A DNA stretch of 62,251 nucleotides, filler included, from Sphacelaria rigidula (lineage: Eukaryota), in the NCBI GenBank assembly GCA_964200075.2. It is 5 parts of 5 records of this genome, joined end to end, with 100 filler letters (N's around TTAATTAATTAA, not from the genome) between each part and the next. Parts side by side here need not be neighbours in the genome. Positions count along the whole stretch, not along the records: positions 24,945 to 37,315 come from CAXNAA020003847.1; positions 37,416 to 49,783 come from CAXNAA020003848.1; 3 more parts are not named here. The stretch is one strand, 5' to 3'. Position numbers and translations under genes: made by a program. The notes beneath the pieces are model-generated. The model was not told where the DNA came from. It ran no database searches and saw only the letters and a program-made list of their open reading frames with translations. Positions 24,845 to 37,811 of the stretch are shown here, in pieces. Every line of letters begins with the position of its first letter. Positions within the stretch are counted from its first letter, which is position 1.

Positions 24845-24944
24845 NNNNNNNNNNNNNNNNNNNNNNNNNNNNNNNNNNNNNNNNNNNNTTAATTAATTAA
24901 NNNNNNNNNNNNNNNNNNNNNNNNNNNNNNNNNNNNNNNNNNNN
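24845..24944. other. Artificial scaffold linker
   Basis: N44-TTAATTAATTAA-N44. Confidence 0.97.
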
Positions 24945-25444
24945 TGCTCTATTTTCTGGTGTCGCCACTTCCAGAGACAGCCACGGCTTATACACTGCCT
25001 CATGGGTGCCGCAAAAAAACGCAAACGCGCAAAAAAATCGGCAATCTGGTTGCCTAGCTTACGCATTGAATGGCGTGTTTTATAGCGTCATCGTCAACCG
25101 ACGCCAACCCCATCGGGGATTCGTCCCTACAAAGCCAGGACGGAGCGCGCCGGGTTTTCGCCGGACCAGGCTGATGGGGGGGGTGGGGGGTGGGGTGGGG
25201 AGGGACGTACTCATTTGTTGCTTGCCTTAGATGTTTGACCATTGACCACTCATCCCTTTCGAGACGGAGCACTATTCCCACTCCTAGTAGAGACACCTCC
25301 AACATTTAGGTGCTCCATACATTACGATTCTTCCACACTACACAAAAACCTTTATGGTCGGGGGGGGGGGCGGCAGCATGAGTATTGATCGTGCTCAAGG
25401 ATCACGTTGCTGTTTTTGAATAGAACGGAACCTGATTTCGAGTA

Positions 25445-26314
25445 CCGTGAAAGTGCGAGAGATGGCACCGGGTGCGATCGATTTTTTCAATGTTTTTTTC
25501 TCGGATTTTTTTTCGCACCCCGGTGCCATCTCCCCGACCCTGGTGCCAAAATGCAATTAAATTATTATTTCTGGATTATCCAACGCACTCCGGTGCCATC
25601 TCTCCGACCGGTGCGATGCCCAAACAGATGCAAACCGTGGCCTACATACTTGGGCGTGTCGGGGGATGGGAACGAGGAAGGAGGCGTTGAGTTGTGAAAG
25701 ATCGCTAGTTGAGAATACAGAAAATCATCCGTAGAGAGCAGCGTTCTTTCGTTTTTGCGGTGGACGCATCATTGGTATTTAGGTACCATTGTTGCTGGCT
25801 CGAAGGGATCACAGGGACGGGGTCTGGAACGTAGTAGCTCGCACTAGCTTGCCGTAGATCACCATGGCACAAAGACCATCTGCTGTATACCGGTAGGTGT
25901 TCAGTGCTAGTCTGGATATGGCGTGAAGGTAAAAAAATGCTGGCTGCTTCATTTGGGTGTGTACCGTACTTTGTTCGGACAGAATGAGCGATTTTCCATG
26001 CGGATTAAATAAAAATAACAGACATCATCCTGCTTGAACCGTGACCATACGCGAAGTAGTGTTGCCCCGACAACATGCTGACAACACTACACACGTGAAA
26101 GGTACCCATGTGTGTACATGCAGCAGCTCATGAGCGGCCCTGCTCCACCCGCGGAACCCTCAAAGTTGGGTTCCGGGTCGGTAAGCCCCGGTACGATCTT
26201 ACCGACCCCGGTGCGAAAATACAATGCCATTTCCACTTTTTTTTGCGCACCCCCGTGCCAGCTCCCCGACCGGTGCCATGTTCCCGACCGGTGCCATCTC
26301 TCGCACTTTTACGG
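25445..26314. mobile_element. Non-autonomous Tc1/mariner(pogo)-like element
   Basis: TA|CCGTGAAAGTGCGAGAGATGGCACCGG ... CCGGTGCCATCTCTCGCACTTTTACGG|TA: a ~27-bp TIR with TA TSD. Internal CCGGTGCCATCTC subrepeats. Confidence 0.8.
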
Positions 26315-26932
26315 TACAAAAGTGCTAGCGATAATATCAGATGCTGAACCAATGCTTCAAAGGCAAAAGGAGAAGGACGCTGCAGCTCCAGTGTTGCTAC
26401 AAGACCACAGAGTTATGTTTAGCAACTGTTTTCAGCTTGCATGTTGCTCAATAGCCTTGTTTTTTGTTCCCCTGTAAAACTGTCGGCCATGTGACTTATT
26501 ACGGAATTGATTACAGATCTCAAGATAGAAGCTGCCACCCATGTTCTATATCGAAAGAACAAACAAACGGATACTTCAAAACATTATCAGATCACAACGC
26601 ATTGATACTGTATGTCTATACACACTTTATTCTCCCGTTGAAACACTACTGTGACTTCACCAACCCCTTCATTAAGGGACCATAATTTGAACGCTGAATG
26701 GTCCAATACTCTCGCACTTGATCCTCCTCCTTCTCCTGTAGGGTTTGGGGGGGAGGGGGGAGGGGGGAGGGGAAGCACGCACATGGAGATGTGCCCGCGG
26801 GGGAAAAGCGCTGCTTGCTTCAGTCGATACCGCAACCACACTCCGGCACCACACATGGCACATGTGCTGAACATGGATCATGCACCACACACGGAGGATA
26901 GAACAAACGCATGGCACAAAGAACACACGCAC

Positions 26933-29900
26933 CTCCTCCACAAGAAATCGTACGAATCGGTCGTAGCTTTCTGTGTGCTGCGTCAAAACTGCTAGCTCTT
27001 CCAACAATTCATCTGCCTGCCCCAGCGCCTTCGCACTATACCCAGCTCCGCCGGCGACCCCTCCGCCTTCCCCCCCCCCACCCTCTCCGCCACCGACGCG
27101 TCCCCCTTCCCCCCCACCGCCGGCCGCCCACGCCTCTCCGGCCGCCCCCGCCCAGTTGGCGACGTTTTTGTGTCGAAGGTGCTGTTCTAACACGGTTGCT
27201 GCTCGGTCACCGCACTCCTTGGTTACGACGCGCACTACGGCGACATCTCCCAGGCAAGGCGCCAGGCCCGCCGCAGCTACGGGAACTTGCCTGAAGTTGC
27301 GCAATGGTGTATTTTCGTCAGACATTGGAACACACGTGAAGGAATGTGGAAGAGGCGAGCAGTCGTCGGGGCTCCATGCATTTCGAGATGGGGTTTGTTT
27401 TCTTCACCTTGAGCGTGTGTTCGTAAAACATGACGGGAGACAACATCGAGCACCCTGCTACAGAGGTGGAAGCGTTGGCTCTCGTCCGTTTCAAGCGCGG
27501 AATGGTGAGCGATGTTGACCCTTACACGGCGACCCCCCCGCTGGTAGACTGAGGTAGACACTCCACTTTTTGGGTTCAGAATAATTCCGTTGTCACAACT
27601 CAAAAAGCCTACTCTACGGCGGAAGGGACCGGGAATGCGTAAGAGGCACATATTAACGAGAGTCATGACACAGACAGTGGTGTGGTTGTCAACCACCTGA
27701 TTATTACGCCTCATATTTTTGCTGTGCAGTCTGCAGCGTACTGGATCTTACAGTGTTGAACGTGCCGAGTGTACGCAGCGTGCGTTTGGGTATCGCACCA
27801 TGACTACCGCCGCGAACGCCCCTGACTACCGTAGAGCAATTGCTCGGCGATAGCGGTCGCCTCACCGCTGAAGTACTTGTCTACATCTTCGTGTGTAGGA
27901 TACTCGCGGCCGCCGCTCGCGTGTTGCGCCATGATATTTTATCCAAGATGGACATGTAGAGCTAGTAGGACGCTCAGGCAATACTGAACAGACAGACACA
28001 GTGAACCGAAGATACTCAAACACCTGCTTTTTGCTTATATAATCAATGGTTGGTTTGGGATGATCAAAATGAGATTTGAGGGTAGACGGCGAATGTGTCT
28101 ACCAGGTGTCTACCTCTACCGGAACAAAAGTGCTCATTTTCACGACTATGATCGGTCAGAATGGTCATCCCGCGCCTCTCGGGCCTCGTGCATGGCTCAT
28201 AATTTGACTTCCAAACACACATGGTTGATTCTGTGAGCTTCTCCGATGCTCCGCGGAGAGACTCCCCCGCTCAAAAATCATCCCCCCCGAGCCCTGGAAA
28301 CCTCCGGATGTCTCGGGACTGTCAGGCTGTACAACTATTCCGAGGCGACGCTCGTCGTCTAAGGGTTAAGAGGTGGGTGCCAACGTGCGGCCTTAGTAGG
28401 CAAGGCTTTTCGGTGCTTGGGGTCGTGTCACATGCGTCAGCTTGTCGACTTCACGCGAGTCCCGGATGTGCAAATGCAAAGCAGTGGTTGACTGCAAATG
28501 TTTGACATAGCGTTCGCTCACCCCCGCCCCTCGTGGCAGAGCCTTACCGTCGCAAAAATGCCGCAGAAACATTGTAAATAGCGGGAAGCCGATGAATGGC
28601 AGGAACGGACGGGTCCACCTCAGCCTCCAACTCGGCTTCCAGCTTTCTCCTCGCGAAGCCGAGGTACAGCTCCTGCCCCTGAGTGGCAAGCCCGAGCGGG
28701 GCAAGCAGAGGACACGCGGCGACGATCCCCGGTTCATCCATCTCCAGGACCGCCGTCTCGAAACGCTCCAGCACAGCTGATGACAATCTGCGGTACGCAT
28801 CATGAGCGCATATGACATGAGGGTTGGCGATCCGTCAGCGGCAGAACTGCAGCACTTGACCTGGTAGCGCATCGGCGCTGGTTATCAGGAAATCAACATC
28901 AAGCACTGGTTTTAGGACGTTGCACGCCGCATATCGAGCTGCACCGTAGATCCCACTCCTCTAACGCTCACCCATCCATCCACCGTACACTACCTACTTG
29001 AGGGAATAGTACCTGTTCGATACACCCAGTTAAATAACTCCATGCGATATAATAAATAATAAAATAATAATGGGAACCAGGGTACGGCCCTCAATAGCCC
29101 TGCCCTCCCCGGATTACCCACCGTCCCCACGCGCCCTTGACATGTACGGTATTGCCCAAGGCAAGCTACCATATTATCAATAAACACCAACCCTGCCCGA
29201 CAACCACCCTCAGCGAGCTGCAACGGACGATCATCGTCTCACCCTTCCACAGCAGCATCCATCTCTACCATCTCGTTGCTATCGGCTAGCGCACCGGCGT
29301 CGATTTCTCGGAAACGTCGAACGTACGTGGCGGCCCCGGCAAGATTCCCCGCATTTATAGCCAGTCGTACACCCTGCAAGTGTGCACACGGAGCAGAACG
29401 AAGGCTAGCAATTACGGAGCTTCGTTCGGGTGAGCGATCATCAGTCAGTCCAGCAACACTGCGGAAGTCGGAATGTAACATAGACGTGCGGGTTGAGAGG
29501 TCCAACGAAGTCAAAATAAATCTCCATGGTCATCGTTTGTACAGGTGAAGGGGGCCTAACCAGACATGTCTCACTCTTCGGCAACGCAGAACGCTGGTGT
29601 GACCGTTGCGCGCATAGAAAACTGTGCCATCAGCAACACCTTTGCTACTGCTACTGCTACCACCACAATCACTGCCGCTACCAAATATCTACTGTAAGAG
29701 CTCGCTTGCCTCTGCACAACCCCTGAGGTTGATAACATCTTCCACCAGAGCAAGGGCTCGTTGCACCCGCATCTGGATATCGTCGAGCCGCCGAACTGAC
29801 CTGCTCACGCGCTCTGCCATTCCGTGGCCGTCTTCTATTTGGGCCTGCGCTCCCATTGTGGGGGGGGGGATATTGCATTCGGAATAGGGGAGGGGGCGGA

Positions 29901-32900
29901 GTGGATACATACGGTGAAGAGGCAACTCATGATTGTGAGTGAGACAACACCAACTAGAGTCTAACCTGGCCACACTAGTAACCTCGCCACACTCGTAGAT
30001 ACCAGACACCGTCAGTCAGGAGTACATCCGTCTTTCCCCCACTTGACAACATCACACTGCTGCACGTCATGTTAGCTCCGAGTGCAACGGGTCGAGGTAT
30101 CTACCCAACACGTCGTCGACAAAGACCCCCCGCCAATTCTCCTCCCTTCATTACGCACCAGCAAAGCCCCGGCTTTGTCGCCGAGCCCGGGAAAGTCGGG
30201 CACCGTGGCCGTCAGCTCCGCCAGGCAGCTCTCCAGCCCACCGGCTGAGCCTCCGTCGCTCGGAGTGGTGTCATTGGAGTTCACGAAGCCGTCTGATGCA
30301 GTCGCTACCGCCTCGCCGTTGCTGCCAGGGTCGCCGTGACGTGCCTTGCCGTTCGCATTGGTGATTGTACCGTTAACAACGGTGGTTGGCTTCGCCTATT
30401 TTTTGCAACGGGCACCACAGGGGAAGGCTGTAAACTCGTTTGCGTGCTCCGCGGTCGTGCGTGTGGGCGCGCGCGAGCGTGTTCTCCACAACTTAATTTA
30501 GGCTCTCATCTGCATCGTCGCACGGCACAATGAAACGATACAGTGAGCCGATACTCCTACGCCTAGCCCCCCCTTGCGTTGTATGTGTCTCCTACCGTTA
30601 GGGACGTTAATCGCTGAAAAAACGTAGAGGGAAAATCTGAAGATTTTTCGGGTCTTCTCGATGAAAACATCGAGCTAGTCAGTCAGACACGAAGGGTCCG
30701 TCCGGTTGGTTCAAAGATAACCCTCGAAGGTCTTCTGCGCACAAGAGACGAACAGTGCCCTTGCGCAGTGCTTACGGTCGTATTGTCTGCACATCGCCAT
30801 GCATTTTTCAAGGGAAAATCATGGCAACGCGACAGATGACCCACCCTGGAGGTGATTGTATAGATAGACAAAGTCGAACTAAAGCGCACAGTACAACTAC
30901 TGTAGTATAATGCAGTACAACACTATACAACACAGTAGAGTGTTGCCTTCTCTTTCCCCAGCTGCGCTCCTTCCCTTCCTCCATGGGTCTTACCAAGGAT
31001 CAGATCACACGAAAACTTCGGAGAGCGTGACCTCTTCCTGCTGCCAGCTCTAACATGGAACCCTTTGACCGCCAGGATGGGTCATTTGGGTCTTGTATTC
31101 ATTTTTCAAGTGAAAATTATGTCAAAACAACAGGTGCCCACCCTGGGGGTGATTGTATAGATAGACAACGCCGAACTAAAACGCACAGTGGAGCACAGTG
31201 TTGCTTTCTCTCTCTCCCCCGCTGCATCCCTTCCCTTTACCTATGGGTATCACCGAGGGTCAGGTTACACGAAACCTCCGGAGAGCGTGAAGTCAACCCT
31301 TTGATCGCCAGGGTGGGTCATCTGGGTCTTGCATTAATTTTTCAAGTGCACCTTACGCCAACGCAACATACGGCCCACTCTGGGGGTGATACTTGCCCTC
31401 ATGTTTTTCTAATGAATAAAGCTCCCTTCCTGTTTGGCTTCGCACGTTGAGTAGACCAATGGGCCCTGCCTCCAGTAGCCCGAATGATCGCATACGGCAT
31501 CAGAACTTAGGGGTCAAGCAGTTTTGCTCTCTATTCTTTTTTATTTCCTTTGCATCATGTCTACGCGAACTTTTCTGGGTTCGATTTTATTATTTTTCTT
31601 TCTTTTACCCTAATCTGGGGGTACTTAGTCTGTTACCAGGGAAGGCGTCAGCATCAGAAGATCAGATATCGAAACGTTTTTGAGCGTGAAGACAACAACA
31701 ACAGCAACAACAACAAAGGTTCAGCTTTTTCGCAGAGGGCGGGTGCTGTACAAACAGTACGACGTACATGGCGGTACCGATAGACTCAGCACAACTAATG
31801 AACAGAACCGCACGATACAACCAACATGATCGTGTCTGTTCCACACCGTGGACAATAAATGACATCGTCAAAAACGGTACTGTGTACAGTACGGAATCTA
31901 TTGCCTATTGCAATAGACGCAATAGTCCACACTACAAACAGTACAATTTTGACAACATAATCTACTGTCCAGAATGTGGTATGTTCCAGTTCACGCCACG
32001 CCCTCTACCTTGGGTTCACTGTGCGGCTGGGTACACGAGCGGCAGCGCTTTCTTTTCATTACTTGTCAGAGTGCGCATCATATATCGAGACAAACACGCA
32101 CCGAAACAAAGTCACTCTGACCCAAACCTCTCCTCCCACGATCCCCCCTCAGCCCCCCTCGTCTCTCCCTTCTTCATTTGCTTTTGTTGAGGACCGCGGG
32201 TTGGTCGGGAGCCTCCTTCGAGGGGCTACTTTGGCACCCCAGTTCTCCTCGGCAGCGTGTGCGACCCAAGCGCTCTTTTTTGCGTTGTGTGCTTCAACTC
32301 CATATGCAGAACTCGTAGTCTTCATTTCCAGGGCGCCTCCCGCGCTCAGTAAAAAAAAGCCCCGAGAAGTAATCTTTATATGCACGTTTTGAGAGTACGC
32401 TTTGAAGGTACCTAAAAACGAGATCTGCGCCCACGCTGTGTCAGCACCTTCTTGGAGGTGTATGTAGGGTCTGAAAAGGGAGGGCGTCGCCTGAACGCAC
32501 GAGTTCTCCATCACAAGGGTGCAGTATAACTTCGAATGTATCCGTGTGGGAAAAGAGGGAGAAGGCCCAAGGTGTCTATGGTCGGAAAAAGGTTGTCGAA
32601 TAGCCCGGGCACTTTTCGGGGGCTAACCCCCCCCCCCCCCCGACTAGCACTCCCAACAGTCATGTTTACAGCGGAAACGATAGCCCTGTCAACACTGCAT
32701 GATTCCAACGCCAACAAACGCCTGAGCAACATGTAAATGGATGTTTGCAAGTTTATTGAAGGCCGGAACTCCAGAAAAAACTGAAGATACGGGCGGTTGG
32801 TCGACTTGCGGCGGTGTACCGCAGCGCCTTGCAAGTATTATGCTCCGCATTGCAGTCGGCCTCTGTATTGCTGTATGTCCAAACCCTCATGCAAGATGTT

Positions 32901-33422
32901 GGGCTTCAAAGTTTCCCCCATACCTAATAACAGGATTATAAAGAGAGACCTTTTTAGGGTATATATGGCTTCGCTTGTCTTCCGTAAGCAGTTGTCGAGA
33001 TCCACCAAGACGTTTCATCTTGGCTCGGGATAACACCGCGAAGGGGCTGTTATTTCCCGTATGACGTATTTACAGAACATCAAATATTACAAAAGATAAT
33101 GGTGACCTATAATAGGTGAACACTTGAAGGGCTTCCTAGCGAACATCGCGGCGCCAGTGCAAGCAATTCATCTGTTGGTAGTTGCAACAACATAAGAGAA
33201 ATAGAGATGGAGAGAGGGAGGCGATAGCACCATCGTTAAGTCTCGGTGCCCAACACCAGCCAAGAACGAGTCCGCTGCGTGTTTGAAGCGGAACAAACAA
33301 AACCCAGATCAAGTCCAAACCTGTAGTATTTCCCTTAGCTCTTCATCCAGCCTTGCTTCATTCTCCAGGACATTTCGGAGCTTTCCTTCTAGACGAACCT
33401 TCGCCACACGAGCTGACATCAT
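26933..33422 (-). CDS. COG4: Conserved oligomeric Golgi complex subunit 4 (5' portion; remainder not on this scaffold or not found)
   Basis: Exons 33422-33321, 30395-30159, 29844-29710, 29373-29243, 28787-28548, 27290-26933. Motifs: AERVSRSVRRLDDIQMRVQRALALVEDVINLRGCAE-GVRLAINAGNLAGAATYVRRF (COG4 N-terminal signature), ACPLLAPLGLATQGQELY, DELLEELAVLTQHTESYDRFV. Confidence 0.85.
30800..31390 (+). repeat. Diverged tandem duplication (~250-300-bp unit, ~2.3 copies) in COG4 intron 1
   Basis: ATTTTTCAAG...CCACCCTGG.GGTGATTGTATAGATAGACAA..CGAACTAAA.CGCACAGT...CGGAGAGCGTGA repeated at ~30800 and ~31100, with a partial third copy at ~31335. Confidence 0.75.
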
Positions 33423-33596
33423 GTGCCCACACAACGACGCCCCCCCCACTTATGCACAAAAACAGCAGCTTCAGCCTGCGCTGTACCGCAGGCTCTTGAT
33501 GCTTTTTTGTCATTATTTACTGTACACTCTAACATCGTGTTATTTTCTGACGTCCTAACAAACGGAGACATATCCCCTTCCGGTGTCACAACACCC

Positions 33597-34154
33597 ATGT
33601 GCTTCATGATGCGGCGAGTCAATAGCGGAAGGCGCCGTGCCCCGGCGACTTCCTCAGTTCGATGTTATTGCGTGTCGGCGGTCCTCATTGCGGGAGTGGT
33701 CTCGAAAACCGGCTACATCGGAGGTGCTTCGGCCTTCCTTTGTCACCCAACCCAGAATCTTCGACCCACGGCGGCTGCGAGCAGCCGAACTCGTTGCCTT
33801 GCCAGAGCAACACCACCACCAACACAGTGTAGGCGCGGACAGGTATATAGTTGTAACATAAGATATCCCAACGCTGTTCCCGTTGCAACGAATACTGCGC
33901 CCTCCTCAGAAAGTAGATGTCGACGACGACGGGCCGGCGTCAGAGGAATTGGCGCTGCTTTGCGGGCTACGGTTGCGCCGTGGCCCGCTGTTGAAGGGGG
34001 GCCGGGGGGCAGAAGCGGGGGGGGAAACCGAGGGCCGGAGATCGCGGTTGAGGCGCCGCCGGCACTAAGCAATGGCGCCGGAGGGGAAAGAGCTGGGGGA
34101 GTGTTATTGAGAGAGCAGGATGGGCCCGCTTGGACAGAGATTGTGTGGGATGAG
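33597..34154 (+). CDS. First exon of an unidentified, probably plastid-targeted protein
   Basis: Open frame from ATG 33597 to the donor GAG|GTACGT. A hydrophobic stretch (CVSAVLIAGVV) is followed by GGASAF (ASAFAP-like cleavage motif) and an Arg/Ser/Thr-rich transit-like segment. Downstream exons were not resolved. Confidence 0.6.
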
Positions 34155-34903
34155 GTACGTGGTGTTTGCAAGTTGTGTCGGGTGGGGGTAAGGAGGAAAC
34201 GGGATGCATGCGTGTGTGGGTTGATCTGGGGATTGTTGGATCAACCACAAGGAAAACCGTTCTCTACTGGCCTGGAGAGATAGATTTCCATTTGCAACCA
34301 TGGTTGTGGACACGAGGCCTCTTCTTTGCAGTACAGACGACACTCAATACACTAGTTCAGCTACTGATCGTGGCCGACTAGACCCTTTTTTGGTGCTGAA
34401 CTCCACGTTGATGCTGGCGAACAGAGCGGAAAGCTGGTGCCGGTTTTGCGGTCTCCAAAAAACGTAACTTGCACTGCACCCATACTTCCCTATTTTTGCG
34501 CGTGACACGTGTGTCAGCAGGTTCTTGGCCCTCAGATGGATAGTTAAAGCCGAAGCCAACCATGCGATGTTGGCAGTACGTGCGTGTCTACATACGCGTA
34601 TTTGTCAAGGTGTGCCTTCTCATTTTTTTTGCCAGCGAGAAGAGCGGCGGAATCGTGAATTTCCGATCTGACAGGTCTACGTCATTTATATTCCGAATTG
34701 ATCTACTTTTTTTTTCAGTAACTTTCCTCGCTGCTGCGCTTCGTACCGAGAAGGTCCAAAACAAAAATACACTTGTGTTTTTCTCCTCTAGTATGGAAGC
34801 GGTATTTCTGAAGGTTATACGTCCATACACACCGCATCTTGTGCCTGATGCTGAAGCTTCCAGTACATGTTGCTTGATATCACCGGCTGGCGATGTGCAT
34901 TAA

Positions 34904-35021
34904 CCCTCTTGGAACCCGTTGACGATTTTTGTTTTTGTGAATCAGCATCATTTTCAGTCATTTCCAAGTAAAAATGATGCCGAATTACACAAACAAGAAT
35001 CGTCAGTGGGTTCCAAAAGGG
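34904..35021. mobile_element. piggyBac-like MITE (118 bp)
   Basis: TTAA|CCCTCTTGGAACCCGTTGACGATTTTTGTTT ... AAACAAGAATCGTCAGTGGGTTCCAAAAGGG|TTGA. Confidence 0.7.
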
Positions 35022-37315
35022 TTGAAAAAAAGTCGGAAAATCCGCAGAACAACGCGAATCGGTGTGAAGATCAGAATGTGCGTAAGGATTCATGGCTTTA
35101 AGGCCAAGGCTCACTTATGCCGATTGGCGAAAAATTGCGCCCACATGGCTGTCGAAAAGGCACTTCATTATGCCGATGAGGATGAAAGTGCGGCTCGATT
35201 CCAATGGGCCTAAGGCTACGCAAGGGCAGTCGTTTGGACGAAGAAAGGAAATCAAACGAAGTAATGCTATTTCTTAGCACGGCAACCCCACGTGAATGCT
35301 CCGACGCCAAAGAACACACGCGAAATAACACAGATCACCCCTTCGTGGTGGCGGTGGTACGGTAATATATATCGTGTCGATGGGCTGGTGCCGGCCACAA
35401 CATAGGCAAGATGAACGTCTTGTGCCTTCCCTCTTAGCGGCCCCAAGAATGCCCGGCCACCACCAGTCGGCAGAGTTGGCGCGCCAAGTTGTGCATAATG
35501 TCAGCACGAGTTGCAAATTCACATGACTTCCTCGGAGTGTTGGCCCTGCGGTGGAAACTTCGTCAAGACCACTTGTGGCAATTTCCGCGGGAAGTTCGCT
35601 TCGACAGTGGCACACTAATTGCACGGTAAACTCCCCGCTGGCGCGTTCACGGTTTGACACAAACATCATCGATCCACCATTCGCTCAAAAAGCAGTCATT
35701 CGGACACCAATTTCAGTTGCTCGCGGGCGTTGTTCCACAAGGGTACCAGTCCATTGCACAGAAATTCTCGCGAAGGGTTGAGTGCCGAGTTTACCACTTG
35801 GGAGAGTGACAAATTTCTCGGAAATTTATAAAACTGAACAAACTGTAAAACCCTGTAACGCTAACCCTAACCCCAACCCCAACGAAGGCACACCAAGAAC
35901 CCTCGGGCAAGAGGGTGCAAAGTGCTCCTTAGGCAAAGTGTGCGTTGCCAGCCAGACCTCAAGTCGGCGGTCCAGAAGCCGATTTCGAGAAAAACGTCTT
36001 CTCGCTCATGTGGAGCACGCGTGGAGCACAGCCTCGATAACGATCCGGATTTCGCTGTCCACACTACAATCAAGTCGGATTAAAAATCAACCATAGCACC
36101 CTCCCGAGTGGTAAACTGTACTGTGAGTGCCACATTCAGCATGTGGGAGTATCTTCTTCAGCACCTTGTGCCGTTGCAAAAGGTCTCGTTACGGTACCTT
36201 GGTGCCTACTACGGTCTTGCGAGGTTCACATCTCGGCTCTGTTCGGAACTGGTGGTATTTTCTTTGCTCCTTTGCGGCGTGCTGCGATCGCGTATTGCTC
36301 GAGCCTCGATGGCTCGCGGATCGAACGTTGTCGGTGCGTGCGTGCCACACGCGCAGTACACCGGTGGTCCTGTTACGCACCCTGCATAAGGTGAAGAAAA
36401 CGTATAGGAACATGGCTCGTCGGTGTCAAAATCACGCGACTCCAAACAAATTACCACAAAAAGGGAAATTATGAAGATGTTTCTCCGCCAAGAACAAGAT
36501 TGGTCCATAATTTCAATGCCGTGGGTAGTCGAAGTTGAGGAGCACAATTTCGTCTGAGAAAACGTGTGGGCTCAGAAAAAAAAGGGGAAAAGCCGATCGA
36601 GATCTTCTTTGTCCCGAACTGATTTGAGGGTTCCATTACTTGGCTGATGTTGCATGTAGCTGCATCGTCAATCAAGGCACGCCTCCTCGACAACCATTTC
36701 GCTTGAGATTTCTTACCATGAAAGTACCGAGATAGGGTCAGCGGAGGATACGGGCAGGTACCATCCACAAGTTAAATATTTGGATCGCCGGAGTACAACA
36801 TGACGTGCAATATCGACCCCCCCCCCAAAAAAAAACGAAAACAGTTTAACCCGAAGATGGCATTTCGTAGTTCCTCTCGTTGTTTTTTTCCTTCCCGAGT
36901 TCGCTAATTTACTGCTTCAACTCCTTCGACACACATGACTTGTCAGGGTCGACGTCGTGGAACTGCAAGCCCGACACCGTCCAATTCCTCACCATACTGG
37001 TAGACCCCGTCGAACCAAAATGCTGCGGGCTCCTCAGAAGCCTTCCGTGTCCGACAAAGTCTCTGCGCTTGAGTCGCAGTATCTGTCGGATTCCCTGCAA
37101 TCCGGTAGTTGCGCCCGCGTGACAAATTATGGCAAAACGACCCTGGTAGTGGAGTTCACCACGTCCACGTTTGAAGGCAAGCTACAAATTACTGCCCCCC
37201 CTCCCCCCCCCCTACCGTAGGATCACTCGGGGGCGGGGGGGGGGGGGGGGGGACCCCCCTTTTTTGCCTCCCTTTGTCGTGGGACCAGGGCGGGAGACCC
37301 CCCCCCCGCCCCCCC

Positions 37316-37415
37316 NNNNNNNNNNNNNNNNNNNNNNNNNNNNNNNNNNNNNNNNNNNNTTAATTAATTAANNNNNNNNNNNNNNNNNNNNNNNNNNNNN
37401 NNNNNNNNNNNNNNN
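37316..37415. other. Artificial scaffold linker
   Basis: N44-TTAATTAATTAA-N44. Confidence 0.97.
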
Positions 37416-37811
37416 CCAGCTATGCCGTCTCCGTGTGGTGCCAGATTTTCATCTCCGCCTGCTTGAGCCGCGCCCCCGCCAATGCCGGACATGCTGTAAA
37501 AGTCGATCGATCCTCTGCGAAGCGCGCTAGTTCGTGCCTACTTCTCCCTACTTGTGCTGCATATACCAGTCGGCCGCTGCTAGATGAATGCTACTTGTGC
37601 TGGTGATGGTATCTGTACTCGTGTGTGCGGCAACCTAGCTGCGATGGCCAACTTTTCTACTGGAAGCGGCACTGCAGCTGGGAAACAAGGACAGACACCG
37701 TACCGTTTTTCTGTACGTACGTCCCACACTGTCAGAATTCGTAAACGCCTACGCAAACACCGCTTTCATACTGAACGCTACATTTTTTTTACCAATTACG
37801 GTCGATAACAC

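Noticed and set aside
29415..29445. Hammerhead ribozyme core (CTGATGA on minus; also 38533 and 41637 on plus)
   Set aside because: No properly spaced GAAA and no closing stems I-III.
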